Positions 34,847 through 44,015 are shown, numbered from the stretch's first letter. The stretch is DNA of 54,507 nt from Nitrospirota bacterium (GCA_004298335.1 SCTG01000048.1:1-54507), one strand, 5' to 3'. Numbers and translations are program-made. The notes: a model not told the origin generated them from the letters alone.

Positions 34847-36997
34847 TCAGGCGGCAAATTTCTTTCTGAACGTCAGAATATTCCTGTCCCGCTCCCGGCG
34901 GTACTCGAGGGCGTCCATCATGGTTTTGATCAAGTGCACCCCCAGCCCGCCGATCGGCCGCTCCTCCAGCGGCTTGGTCAGATCCGGCTCCGGCGCCGTC
35001 AGGGGATTGAAGGCCCGCGCGTCGTCCTCGACCTCGACCGAAACGGTCCCCTCCAGGCAGGAGAGCCGCACGATGATATCGTGGGAAAGAGCGTCGGCGT
35101 AGCCGTACGAAATGATGTTGGTGAGGACCTCGTCCAGCGACATGTTCACCTCGAACAACACTTTCGGAGGAATACCGTGGCGCCCGCCGAATTCGTCCAC
35201 GATGACGCTCAGGCGTTCGATCTCGGTGAGCTGGTTCGTCAGCGTCACGGAGAGGCGGTCTTCCCGCACGGCCCCGGAAGCCTTCCCGAAGCGCAGGGCC
35301 AGGACCGTGATATCGTCGCTCTGCGCCGTGCCGGCCGAGAACTGCCTGACCTCGCCCACGACCCCATGGATCTGTTCGGCGGGCGTCGCGCTGTGGCTTC
35401 GCTGGAGGACCTCCTCCAGGCGCTGCTCGGTGAACATGCAGTCGCCGCTGTCCATGGCCTCCGTCACGCCGTCCGTGTAGAGGAAGAGGGCGTCTCCGTG
35501 TTGCAGCGTCAGGCGCTTGGTCTCGAACCGGGCCTCGTCCGCGATGCCCAGGGCCATGCCGGCGGACTTCTCCAGCATCGCGATCCGGCCGTCGCGCCCG
35601 AGATGATAGGGAATGTTGTGCCCGCCGTTGCTGTATTCCAGCATGCCGGTGTGGGCGTTCAGGATCCCGTAAAAGACGGTGACGAACATGGCCGCGTCGT
35701 TGTCGGGGCAGAGCAGGCGGTTGACCTGCTGCAGGCACTCGTCCGGCCCGACGCCCGTCAGCGCGGTCGCTTTCACGAGGGTCCGGCTCACGGCCATGAA
35801 GATGGCCGCCGGGACGCCCTTGCCGGACACGTCGGCGATGACGAAGCCCAGGCGCTCGTCGTCGATCAGGAAGAAGTCGTAGAAGTCGCCCCCCATCTCG
35901 CGCGCCGGAATGGTCTCGGCGTAGAGCTCGAACTCCTGGCGATGCGGGAAGGGCGGGAAGGTGCGCGGCAGGATCGAGCGCTGGATGTCGCTCGCGATCC
36001 GCAGCTCGCTGCCGATGCGCTCCTTCTCTTCCATCGTCCGCCGGAGCTCGTCGGTCCGCTCGATCACGCGCTGCTCGAGGTTCTGGTTCGCCTCGCGCAG
36101 TTCGTTCTGCTGCGTGACGATGACCCCCTGCATCCGCTCGAACGTCGCGGTGATATGGGTCGCTTCATCGCCGATCGGCGTCTTGGCCGCCTGCGCCGGC
36201 GCCCAGGGCCGCATGAACTTCGCGTCCTCCTTCGCCACGAAGGCCGCCATCCGCCCGGCGAGCGCCTTCAGCGGCCTCCGCACGGTCCGGTTGGTGCCCA
36301 ACGCCATGATGCCCAGGACCAGCAGGCACAATCCCACCCCGCCGCTCACGGTCGCGAAGAGGTCCCGGCGGGTTTCATCCACGTACTGATCCATGGGGAT
36401 GATGATTTCCAGCCCGCCCATCAGGTCGTTGAGCTTGAAGTCGTGCCGCGGGCTCTGGGCGTGGGCGTTGTGGCAGTTCACGCAGGACTGCGCCGCCGCA
36501 ATGTCGGCCGCCATGTACCGCATCACTTTCCGGTCCTGGAGAACCTCGTTGCGGATGAACTGCCCCTTCGGATTCGCCGTCAGGTAGGCGAAGGCGTCGC
36601 GATGGAAGTCGTCCCTGACGCCCTTGTCCTTGTTGATGGGCCAGGGGCTGAGGAGGTTCACCGTGTAGCCGTTGGCGAGCTTTTTGGTGATTTCGGACAC
36701 CTCCCGCACGAACGTGGCCGGCAGGGGGAAGCGCCCGTGGACCTCCTTGTAATCCACGCCGATGGTGCCTTCCAGTTCTTTGATTTTCGGGACGACCACG
36801 GAGGCGTAGTACGCGCGGTCCGCCATGATCTGGTGCTGGAGGCTCCTGGCGCGGTGCTCCAGTTTGTCGTTGACCTTGGTGACGTCGTGTTGATAGATGA
36901 GCCCGGCCGCGACCATCGTGGCGAGGGCGATGAGGGGGACCGTGAGGGCGATCAGCTTGGCGCCGATGCTCCAGCTCTGAAAATCAAGCCTGCGCAT
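34847..36997 (-). CDS. Membrane sensor: heme-c (DUF3365/Tll0287-like) domain, HAMP-like linker, SpoIIE/PP2C phosphatase and RsbW-like kinase
   Basis: TM, CVNCH, TM; GGDFYD, ADVSGKG, YTDGVTEA, DDIT; EVLTNII, GGLGVHLI. Confidence 0.88.
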   Translation of the reverse strand: MRRLDFQSWSIGAKLIALTVPLIALATMVAAGLIYQHDVTKVNDKLEHRARSLQHQIMADRAYYASVVVPKIKELEGTIGVDYKEVHGRFPLPATFVREVSEITKKLANGYTVNLLSPWPINKDKGVRDDFHRDAFAYLTANPKGQFIRNEVLQDRKVMRYMAADIAAAQSCVNCHNAHAQSPRHDFKLNDLMGGLEIIIPMDQYVDETRRDLFATVSGGVGLCLLVLGIMALGTNRTVRRPLKALAGRMAAFVAKEDAKFMRPWAPAQAAKTPIGDEATHITATFERMQGVIVTQQNELREANQNLEQRVIERTDELRRTMEEKERIGSELRIASDIQRSILPRTFPPFPHRQEFELYAETIPAREMGGDFYDFFLIDDERLGFVIADVSGKGVPAAIFMAVSRTLVKATALTGVGPDECLQQVNRLLCPDNDAAMFVTVFYGILNAHTGMLEYSNGGHNIPYHLGRDGRIAMLEKSAGMALGIADEARFETKRLTLQHGDALFLYTDGVTEAMDSGDCMFTEQRLEEVLQRSHSATPAEQIHGVVGEVRQFSAGTAQSDDITVLALRFGKASGAVREDRLSVTLTNQLTEIERLSVIVDEFGGRHGIPPKVLFEVNMSLDEVLTNIISYGYADALSHDIIVRLSCLEGTVSVEVEDDARAFNPLTAPEPDLTKPLEERPIGGLGVHLIKTMMDALEYRRERDRNILTFRKKFAA

Positions 36998-37674
36998 CAC
37001 GACACCATCCAGAAGAACACGACCGCCATCCGTTTGGAGCCCGGCTCGTGGTCCCAGCCGAAATAGGCCGTGGCCGAGTGCACGATGTCGGATTTGTAGA
37101 CGAGCAGGCGGTTGAACCGGTTCGGCACTTCGACGTCCTCTTCCCACATCGTCAGATCGGACCCCTCCTCGAAGCCCGCGATTTGGGCGAGGCTTTCGTA
37201 GGGCGGCGGGCAGATGTTGCCGCCGAGCGTCCCATCGGGGAGGCGCAGCCGGTAAAACGAGGTGCCGGAGTGTTTGGTCGGCGGATAGGGATGGAGGTAG
37301 AGCACGCCGGCGTAGTTGCAGAGCGTGCTGGAGTCCACGTGCGGCCGCGCGACGGCGGTGCCCCCGCCCACGATCTGCACGTGGTTGTGCCCGCTCACGC
37401 CGGCGGGCGGCTCGCCCTGCCGGTGGAGGGCCCGGGCGCCGATCTGCGCCTTGACCCACTCTTCGATGATCGTCAGTTCGTCGGGCAGCAGCGCGTCCGG
37501 CGCGCGCATGCCCGGCCAGGCTTCGGCGCGCCAGGGCCACCCCATGATCCAGGCCGGTTTATTGAAGCAGCGTTCCGCCACGTCCAGGGCGTTCGGCAGG
37601 ATGTCGTCCTTGATCCAGTAGTCCTTGCCGGCTTCCGGTTTGCGATAGGGGAGGGTGTCGGGACGAAGAGTCAT
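36997..37674 (-). CDS. Putative 2OG-Fe(II) oxygenase (DUF6445-like)
   Basis: PHVD...VLYL...GTSFY...NRL..Y....HS...R pattern. Confidence 0.7.
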   Translation of the reverse strand: MTLRPDTLPYRKPEAGKDYWIKDDILPNALDVAERCFNKPAWIMGWPWRAEAWPGMRAPDALLPDELTIIEEWVKAQIGARALHRQGEPPAGVSGHNHVQIVGGGTAVARPHVDSSTLCNYAGVLYLHPYPPTKHSGTSFYRLRLPDGTLGGNICPPPYESLAQIAGFEEGSDLTMWEEDVEVPNRFNRLLVYKSDIVHSATAYFGWDHEPGSKRMAVVFFWMVS

Positions 37675-38462
37675 TTCACACCGATCTTCACGGGCTCCGA
37701 GAACATGATGCGCCCGCTTGCTCCGCCGGGGCCCCCGCGGGGCCCGGCCCGTCCATTGGACATGACGGTTCCCAGGGGCTGCCCCTTTTCAGTCCCGTAG
37801 AAGAAGGCCGCCGCGATCGTGTACGTGCCGGGCTCCGGCGGCACCCGCAGCACCCAGGTCGTGCGGGTCTCGTCCACGCGTCCCGCGAGGGCATCGCCCT
37901 GCACCCCGTCGATCATCACGGTCGCGAGCCCCATGTCCGATCCCCGGTACCGCCGTTCGGCCCACTGCGCCTGTGGCTTCCCGCCCGGGCCGTACACCAG
38001 CGCGGGGCCGACGACCTTGAACCCGCTCGACGTGAGCGGCCGGGCCTGGAAGCGCAGCGTGCTGTCCACCAGCGCCACGCCCACGACGGGGCCCGCGCCG
38101 CCCCGCGTGACCACCGTCACGTCGATGCGGCTGTTCCGGCGGGCCTGGGTCGGCGACAGGATCCTGACCGAGGCGTACTTGTCGATCCACTTGACGGCGG
38201 CGATCAGCATGTCGCGGTCCTCGGGGCCGAGGTCTTTGTAAGCCGGGTCCGTCCTGATCCGGTTCACATGCTTGCCGTCGACGGTTTCACCGGCGGCCAG
38301 GTCGGCGGGCAGCTCCCGCAGCTGGTCGGGGCTGGTGGAGGCATGGCAGCTCGCGCAGAACGGCGCCATGTCGGTGACGGCGTGAGACGGCCCGTAGGGG
38401 TCCGCGAGGGCCACGGCGGCCGCGAGGATCGAGAGCGACAGCAGGGGGGCGATGAACCGCAT
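37671..38462 (-). CDS. Exported monoheme c-type cytochrome-domain protein
   Basis: Signal peptide ending ALA; single CASCH motif. Confidence 0.7.
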   Translation of the reverse strand: MRFIAPLLSLSILAAAVALADPYGPSHAVTDMAPFCASCHASTSPDQLRELPADLAAGETVDGKHVNRIRTDPAYKDLGPEDRDMLIAAVKWIDKYASVRILSPTQARRNSRIDVTVVTRGGAGPVVGVALVDSTLRFQARPLTSSGFKVVGPALVYGPGGKPQAQWAERRYRGSDMGLATVMIDGVQGDALAGRVDETRTTWVLRVPPEPGTYTIAAAFFYGTEKGQPLGTVMSNGRAGPRGGPGGASGRIMFSEPVKIGVK

Positions 38463-38518
38463 GGCTGGTCACTGTACCATGAAACATTATGGCGAGTGAA
38501 CCGGGGCGAGAGGCGCCG

Positions 38519-39064
38519 TTACGGAGGCGTGCCCTCCCGGCGCTGCTTGATCAGGTCGGTCGCGTACAGGACGATGAGCGCCCCGACCGCCAGCAGGTAG
38601 GCCCCGCCGAAGGGGATGAAGAACAGGCGTTCGGCCAGTTGGAAGGCGGCAGCCTCACCCAGCGACGGCAGTGTCCAGGCGAGCGTCAGCCAGCCGAACG
38701 GGTAGAGGAGTCCCAGCGACACCCAGAGGCTCAGGGCGGCCCTCGTCCGGGGCGAGAACCCCGTGTTGGCCAGGACCGTCAGGAGGATGATCGTGACCAA
38801 CCCCAGGCCGTGGCTGTGGAGGTGGAAGGTGTGCACGCGGGCCAGCGAACGGTCGGCCACCCGCTCGAGGATCACCTGGTCGATGTCCTCCACGCCCGTG
38901 AGCTGATGGGCGGCGGGGTGCGCCTGCGCCCGCGCGATCGCGTACTGGTGGATCTCCTGGCGATAGCCGCCCTGCAGCGCCCCGGAGAGCTCGCCGAACC
39001 CGAACAGCAGCAGGCAGGCCAGAACGCCCAGGCCCGGCGGGGCCTTGAGAGCGCCGGCGCTCAC
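38519..39064 (-). CDS. His-rich membrane protein of unknown function
   Basis: About four TM segments; HTFHLHSHG. Confidence 0.75.
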   Translation of the reverse strand: MSAGALKAPPGLGVLACLLLFGFGELSGALQGGYRQEIHQYAIARAQAHPAAHQLTGVEDIDQVILERVADRSLARVHTFHLHSHGLGLVTIILLTVLANTGFSPRTRAALSLWVSLGLLYPFGWLTLAWTLPSLGEAAAFQLAERLFFIPFGGAYLLAVGALIVLYATDLIKQRREGTPP

Positions 39065-39681
39065 CCGGGCAGCCCCGGCAGCAGCTCCGCCGCAAAATGG
39101 GACAGCACCGCCTGGCTCAACTGCCGCCGCAACTGCTCGAACTGGGTGGCCGCCTGCTGCCGTACCGCGCCGTCCATGCGGTCCAGGATCTGTTCCATCG
39201 TCTTGACCTGCGCGGGCCGCCTGCGGCCGAAGGTTTCCTCAAAGATGTGCGAGAAGTAGTCGCGGGCCAGGTCCATCACCACCTTGCGGGTGTCGGGCCT
39301 GACGTCCCGGTTCGGGAGCATGGCGGTGAGCTGGTCCAGTTTCTCGAGCATCAGGAGGTAGGTCAACGAATAGATGGCGCTCTTCAGCCGGGCCGCGTCG
39401 CGCGCCGCAATCGCCGCGCCCAGCGACTCGGCCACCGTCGTCCGGTAGGCCTGGTCCAGCTTGGCCGCCGTCTGGGTCAGGCCGAGCAGGCCCTTCGTCT
39501 GCAGCAGCTCTTCGACCGTCCCGATCTGGTAGATCGCCTCGGCGGTCTTGTTCTGCTCCAGCAGGAGCAGCACGCCGTACATGCGGTCCAGCAGGATCGG
39601 GATCGGCTGCCGCATCTCGTGGGCTTCCACCGGCGCCGTCGCGACCCCCACAAAGAACACCGCCATTAAGATCTTCACCAT
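39061..39681 (-). CDS. Exported helical hypothetical protein
   Basis: Signal peptide ending VEA; stop overlaps the next GTG. Confidence 0.7.
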   Translation of the reverse strand: MVKILMAVFFVGVATAPVEAHEMRQPIPILLDRMYGVLLLLEQNKTAEAIYQIGTVEELLQTKGLLGLTQTAAKLDQAYRTTVAESLGAAIAARDAARLKSAIYSLTYLLMLEKLDQLTAMLPNRDVRPDTRKVVMDLARDYFSHIFEETFGRRRPAQVKTMEQILDRMDGAVRQQAATQFEQLRRQLSQAVLSHFAAELLPGLPG

Positions 39682-39691
39682 CTGATCTTTA

Positions 39692-39812
39692 GCGGCCGCG
39701 CGAGGGATGCGCCCCAACTGCGGCGCATGAGGAGCGACGAGGGCCCGTTATAAACGGGTCCGGCGCGCCGAGGTTCACAGCGGAGCACGGGGCGCACCCA
39801 AGCAGGCCGCTC
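39692..39812 (+). repeat. Hairpin repeat module C
   Basis: Reverse complement aligns with 43785-43887 with compensatory stem changes. Confidence 0.8.
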
Positions 39813-39820
39813 CGGTGCCG

Positions 39821-41065
39821 TCACAATTTGCAGGCGCTCTGGTCCCGGCTTCCCGCGACGGCGTCGCCCGGCACCGTGGCCAGGATCTGATAGTGGCCGA
39901 GCCCCAGTTCCTTGCCGTAGGCCTGCCCGACGAGCACGTCCTGCACGTGCTGGTGGTCCCAGGCGCGGAAGTAGGAGCGGCCCTCCTTGCAGCCGTCGAA
40001 CTCGTGCCCTTCGAGCGCCTTGATCACCGCCGCCGTGTCGGTCGTGCCGGTGCGGCGCACCGCCTCCAGGATTTGCGTCATCGCGGCGTAGCCCAGGTAG
40101 CAGCGCGACGTGGGCGTGTGGTTGTACTTGTCGATCACGCCCTGGATGAACCGCTTCGAGCTGTCCGTGTTGACCTTCGGGTCCCAGATCAGGCCCCACA
40201 CGCCGGCGTTGTTCGCGTACCCGAGCGGCCGGCCGATCTGCTCGCCGCCGATCATGCCGCCCACGCCGATCTTCTCCTTGGCCAGCTCCAGCTTCGCGTA
40301 GCCCTTCAGCGCGTTGACCAGGTCCCACCCGTAGAGATTCAGAATGATGGCGCCGGGCTTGGCCGCCTTGGCCTCGGTGAGGACGGCGGTGAAGTCGGTC
40401 GTCCCGAAGGGCGTCGTCGCGGCGCCCACCACCTCGCCGCCGTTGGCCTTCAGCGCGTCGGTCATGGCCTGCAGCTCCGACTTGCCGTCCACGGTGTCCG
40501 CCGTGATCATGTACCAGCGGTTCCCGGAGGCCTTGATGATGTGCGGCGCGACGGCCTGCGCCATCATGCGGGCGTTGGGCATGAAGACGAACGTGTGGGA
40601 GCTGCATTGCGACCCCGTGAGCTCCATGATGTGGGGGCAGGTGGCCATGAACAGTTTGTTCTCCTGCTTGGCCACCTCGCCGACGGCGAGGGCCACGTCG
40701 CCGTTGAAGGTGCCCATCAGGAAGTCCACGCGGTCCTCCTTGATCAGCTTGGTCGCCGCCTTGATCGCCGTCTGGACGTTCGAGGCGTCGTCGGCCTCGA
40801 CAATGGCGACCTGGCGGCCCAGCACCCCGCCGCGCTTGTTGTACATGTCCAGCGCCACCGTCGCGCCGTGCACGTCGTGGATCGAGGACGTCTTGTAGGG
40901 GCTGGACAGGGGGTCGATGATGCCGACCTTGAGCGGCTCGGCCGCATGAGCCGACCGCGTCCCCCTGGTGAGGCCGAGTATCTGATCGGCCAGGTCGCCG
41001 AAGGCCACCGCGCCTCCGGCCGCCGCCGACAGTTGAAGAAAGCGTCTGCGCGAGATCGTGCTCAT
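39821..41065 (-). CDS. Tat-exported LivK-like (branched-chain type) substrate-binding protein
   Basis: SRRRFL; LKVG..DPLS, N..GGVLGR, DDAS, PFGTTDF, FRAWDHQ. Confidence 0.85.
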   Translation of the reverse strand: MSTISRRRFLQLSAAAGGAVAFGDLADQILGLTRGTRSAHAAEPLKVGIIDPLSSPYKTSSIHDVHGATVALDMYNKRGGVLGRQVAIVEADDASNVQTAIKAATKLIKEDRVDFLMGTFNGDVALAVGEVAKQENKLFMATCPHIMELTGSQCSSHTFVFMPNARMMAQAVAPHIIKASGNRWYMITADTVDGKSELQAMTDALKANGGEVVGAATTPFGTTDFTAVLTEAKAAKPGAIILNLYGWDLVNALKGYAKLELAKEKIGVGGMIGGEQIGRPLGYANNAGVWGLIWDPKVNTDSSKRFIQGVIDKYNHTPTSRCYLGYAAMTQILEAVRRTGTTDTAAVIKALEGHEFDGCKEGRSYFRAWDHQHVQDVLVGQAYGKELGLGHYQILATVPGDAVAGSRDQSACKL

Positions 41066-41176
41066 GGGGAGTCCTCCTTCATGGTCAAAGCCGCCAGATT
41101 ATATAGCACCCGGAGTCTTTTTGCTCCTGACCTTCTGGATCCCCCGCGGCGCCCCGACTCCACGGGGACAATAGGT

Positions 41177-41710
41177 TCACGCACACACCGAAGCTATCTC
41201 TGTGGGCAGCGGTCCGGCCCGCACCATCCGGTGGATATACCGCGAACAGTTGGGAAACGCTTGTTCCACTGTGACCTTGATGACCCGTTCCGCCCCTTGG
41301 AATTGTGCCGTCACCTTCGCATCCTCGATGATTTCTGCCCGCCCATTGACGCGCAAACGCCGTTGCGTTTCGAAATCGATGAAGAGCATCCCGACGTTCG
41401 GATTCACGCGGAGGTTGCCAAGGCTCATGTAGGAACCGTTGCCGTTGTAATCGGGGAACAGAAGGGTCCTGCCATCCATGACCTTCACAAATCCTGGGCT
41501 GCCTCCGCGATAGTTGCAGTCCAGGCGCCCTTCGTCGTCAGAGGTAGCCATAAAGAACATGAACTGTGCCTCGATGAACGCCTTAAAGCTCTCGCTAAGC
41601 ACGTCATGGATGTGCGCGATGAGCCGCCGCCCGGCGAGCTTGGTGCCGCTTCGCGTCTGCATCTCGATCTCGCCGGGATGCGGTTCATTGTGCGATCGTC
41701 TCGGTATCAT
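41177..41710 (-). CDS. Pyridoxamine 5'-phosphate oxidase-family FMN-binding protein
   Basis: FF.AT, RGG.PGFV, PDY.GNG..SLGN, GMLFIDF, NC.RYI; GGAGG upstream. Confidence 0.88.
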   Translation of the reverse strand: MIPRRSHNEPHPGEIEMQTRSGTKLAGRRLIAHIHDVLSESFKAFIEAQFMFFMATSDDEGRLDCNYRGGSPGFVKVMDGRTLLFPDYNGNGSYMSLGNLRVNPNVGMLFIDFETQRRLRVNGRAEIIEDAKVTAQFQGAERVIKVTVEQAFPNCSRYIHRMVRAGPLPTEIASVCA

Positions 41711-41720
41711 GTCCGCCTCC

Positions 41721-42167
41721 CTAGTCAGGTAGATAGCAGGACGGGGCATAGCTCACGGGCGCCTCGCGTCCGTCTCCCCCATTCGGGCTGAAGAGTTCCA
41801 CCCGGATCCCGTCCGGGTCGTAGAAGTACAGCTCTGCCTCATGTGCCCCATCCTGCAGTGGGACGATCCGGTTGTAATGGATGCGGACTCCCTTCTTCCT
41901 GAGAATCTGCTCGGCTTGCGTCAGTGCATCGACACTTCCGACGGACAGGGCAAAATGGTGGAGACCCGCGTTCGCCTTGGTATAGTGGTGCGCGCTCCCT
42001 TGCCAAAGCGTAACGAAGTTCTTGCCGTCGGCTAAGAACACATAGCCGAGCTTCGGATCGGCGCCGACTTCCTTCCATCCGAAGAGCTCCTGATAAAATG
42101 TCTTGGATCGTTCAATATTCGTCACGGTTAATCCGATGTGATGCACACCCGCTGCTTGAATAGTCAT
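41721..42167 (-). CDS. VOC/glyoxalase family protein
   Basis: HHIGLTV...FY..LFG, GLHHFA, YFYDPDGIRVE. Confidence 0.9.
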   Translation of the reverse strand: MTIQAAGVHHIGLTVTNIERSKTFYQELFGWKEVGADPKLGYVFLADGKNFVTLWQGSAHHYTKANAGLHHFALSVGSVDALTQAEQILRKKGVRIHYNRIVPLQDGAHEAELYFYDPDGIRVELFSPNGGDGREAPVSYAPSCYLPD

Positions 42168-42210
42168 CGCTTCCTCCTTATGGAATCTTGTTTGAGTGGC
42201 GCATAATAGC

Positions 42211-42239
42211 TAACCATCAAAATATAATTTTGACGGTTA
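42211..42239. promoter_or_regulatory. Palindromic operator candidate
   Basis: TAACCATCAAAA-N5-TTTTGACGGTTA (11 of 12 positions symmetric) between divergent genes. Confidence 0.7.
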
Positions 42240-42306
42240 TAGCACCGTTAGGCTAACCTGTCAAGCAAGATTTTGATGGTGTGCCATTATGGGAGCGGGA
42301 TGATCG

Positions 42307-42936
42307 GTGGCGATGCGAGAAGCGAAACCGGACAAGAACTTCCTGTTTGTCGGCAACCAGACCTGCCTGGATTTCATCAATACCCAGATGATCCAGCAGG
42401 GCAGACTGGTGGATCTGCTGGAGGACTTTTCCGACCTGATGGCATGGATGGTCCAGGCCCGTATCCTTGACGCGGGGGATGCGAAGGAGGCGATCCGCAA
42501 GTGGGGCGGTCGGCGAGAGGGCCTTCGGACGTTCGCACACGCGCGGGAGTTGCGTGCGACCCTGCGGGAAATGGCCGGGAGGATCGCGGCGGGGCAGGCG
42601 GTGCCGCAGTCGGCGATCGAGGCCATCAACGGGCTGCTTCGCCACCGCCTTGGCTATGCCCAGCTGACCAAGACGTCCGGCGGCTTTGAGCGGCGGTTCC
42701 ACGTGGAGGCCGGAGAGGCGATCCACCTGCTTGCACCGATCGCGGAGTCCGCAAGCGATCTGCTGGCCCACTGCGATCGCGCTCTCATCAAAAAGTGCAA
42801 GAACAGGGCATGCATACTCTTCTTTTATGACACGACCAAAAACCACGCCCGGCACTGGTGCAGCATGAGCATCTGCGGGAACCGCATGAAAGTGGCCGAG
42901 CACTATCGGCGCAAGCGACGGACGAAAGGGCGCTAA
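42307..42936 (+). CDS. ABATE/CGNR zinc-finger regulator
   Basis: LDFINT; C...C..FFYD.TKN..R.WCSM..CGNR.K. Confidence 0.92.
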   Translation: MAMREAKPDKNFLFVGNQTCLDFINTQMIQQGRLVDLLEDFSDLMAWMVQARILDAGDAKEAIRKWGGRREGLRTFAHARELRATLREMAGRIAAGQAVPQSAIEAINGLLRHRLGYAQLTKTSGGFERRFHVEAGEAIHLLAPIAESASDLLAHCDRALIKKCKNRACILFFYDTTKNHARHWCSMSICGNRMKVAEHYRRKRRTKGR

Positions 42937-42991
42937 GCCGGCGGAAAGAGCCTGTGGTATAGTGCGGTCGGAGATCGGTCGGAGAGCGCGC

Positions 42992-43771
42992 ATGCAGGAT
43001 TTCAGAGCAGTGGCGGTGGCGGCGGCGCAGCAGGCGGGGAAGCTCATCGCGGACGCCTATCGCACCGAGTTTCGCGTGGACTACAAGCAGGGCACGACGA
43101 CGAACCTGGTCACCGAGGTGGACCGCCGGTCCGAAGCCGCGATTGTCGAGGCGCTCGGCAAGGCCTTCCCCGACCACCGGATTCTCGCCGAAGAGGGCGG
43201 GGAGGGTTCACAGAACGAGTCTCCGTACAAATGGATCGTGGACCCGCTGGACGGGACGACGAACTTCGCGCACGGGTTCCCGGCGTTCTGCGTGTCGATC
43301 GGCCTGGAAGTGGAGGGGCGCGTGGTCCTGGGGGTGGTGTACGACCCGCTCCGCCAGGAACTCTTCGAGGCCGAGGCGGGCAAGGGCGCGTTCCTCAACG
43401 GCGAGCGGCTTCGCGTCTCGCGGGCGACCGCGCTCGACAAAGCACTGCTGGTGACCGGCTTCGCGTACGACCAGGAAGGCCGCCGGAGCAACCTGGATCA
43501 TTTCTCGCGTTTCGTGTTACGGGCGCAGGGCATCCGGCGCACGGGGTCCGCCGCCATCGATCTGTGCTACGTGGCATCAGGCCGGATCGACGGGTTCTGG
43601 GAGCTGAAGCTCTTTCCCTGGGACGTGGCGGCGGGGAGTCTGATCGTGGCGGAAGCCGGGGGGCGGGTCACGGATTTCACGGGCAATGCGTTTTCGATCT
43701 ACACCGATAAAATTCTCGCCTCGAACGGTCTCGTGCACGACGCGATGATCGCCGTCCTCGCGGGAAAATAA
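42992..43771 (+). CDS. suhB: Inositol monophosphatase family protein
   Basis: LVTEVD, AEE, DPLDGTTNF, WDVAAG. Confidence 0.9.
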   Translation: MQDFRAVAVAAAQQAGKLIADAYRTEFRVDYKQGTTTNLVTEVDRRSEAAIVEALGKAFPDHRILAEEGGEGSQNESPYKWIVDPLDGTTNFAHGFPAFCVSIGLEVEGRVVLGVVYDPLRQELFEAEAGKGAFLNGERLRVSRATALDKALLVTGFAYDQEGRRSNLDHFSRFVLRAQGIRRTGSAAIDLCYVASGRIDGFWELKLFPWDVAAGSLIVAEAGGRVTDFTGNAFSIYTDKILASNGLVHDAMIAVLAGK

Positions 43772-43784
43772 TCTCGATCCCGAA

Positions 43785-44015
43785 GAGCGGCCTGCTCGGG
43801 TGCGGCTCGTGCTCCCAGGTGAAGCACCGCGCGGTTCGGAAACCGCTCGGTATGGCCGCAGTGAGCCGCATCCCTTCGCGCGGCCGCACAGAAATTTCCT
43901 GCGGGTGGCGCCGGGCTGTCCGGACCGGCGCAGGGCTTGAGGCCGCAGCGCGGTCTGCGTGCCTGGTAGCGCGAGGCCGTCCCGAGACGGCCGGATACCC
44001 GGCGACAGGACCCGC
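43785..44015. repeat. Composite hairpin repeat: module C (43785-43887) plus module B (43901-44015)
   Basis: B matches 28235 and 52769; C is the inverted relative of 39692-39812. Confidence 0.88.
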
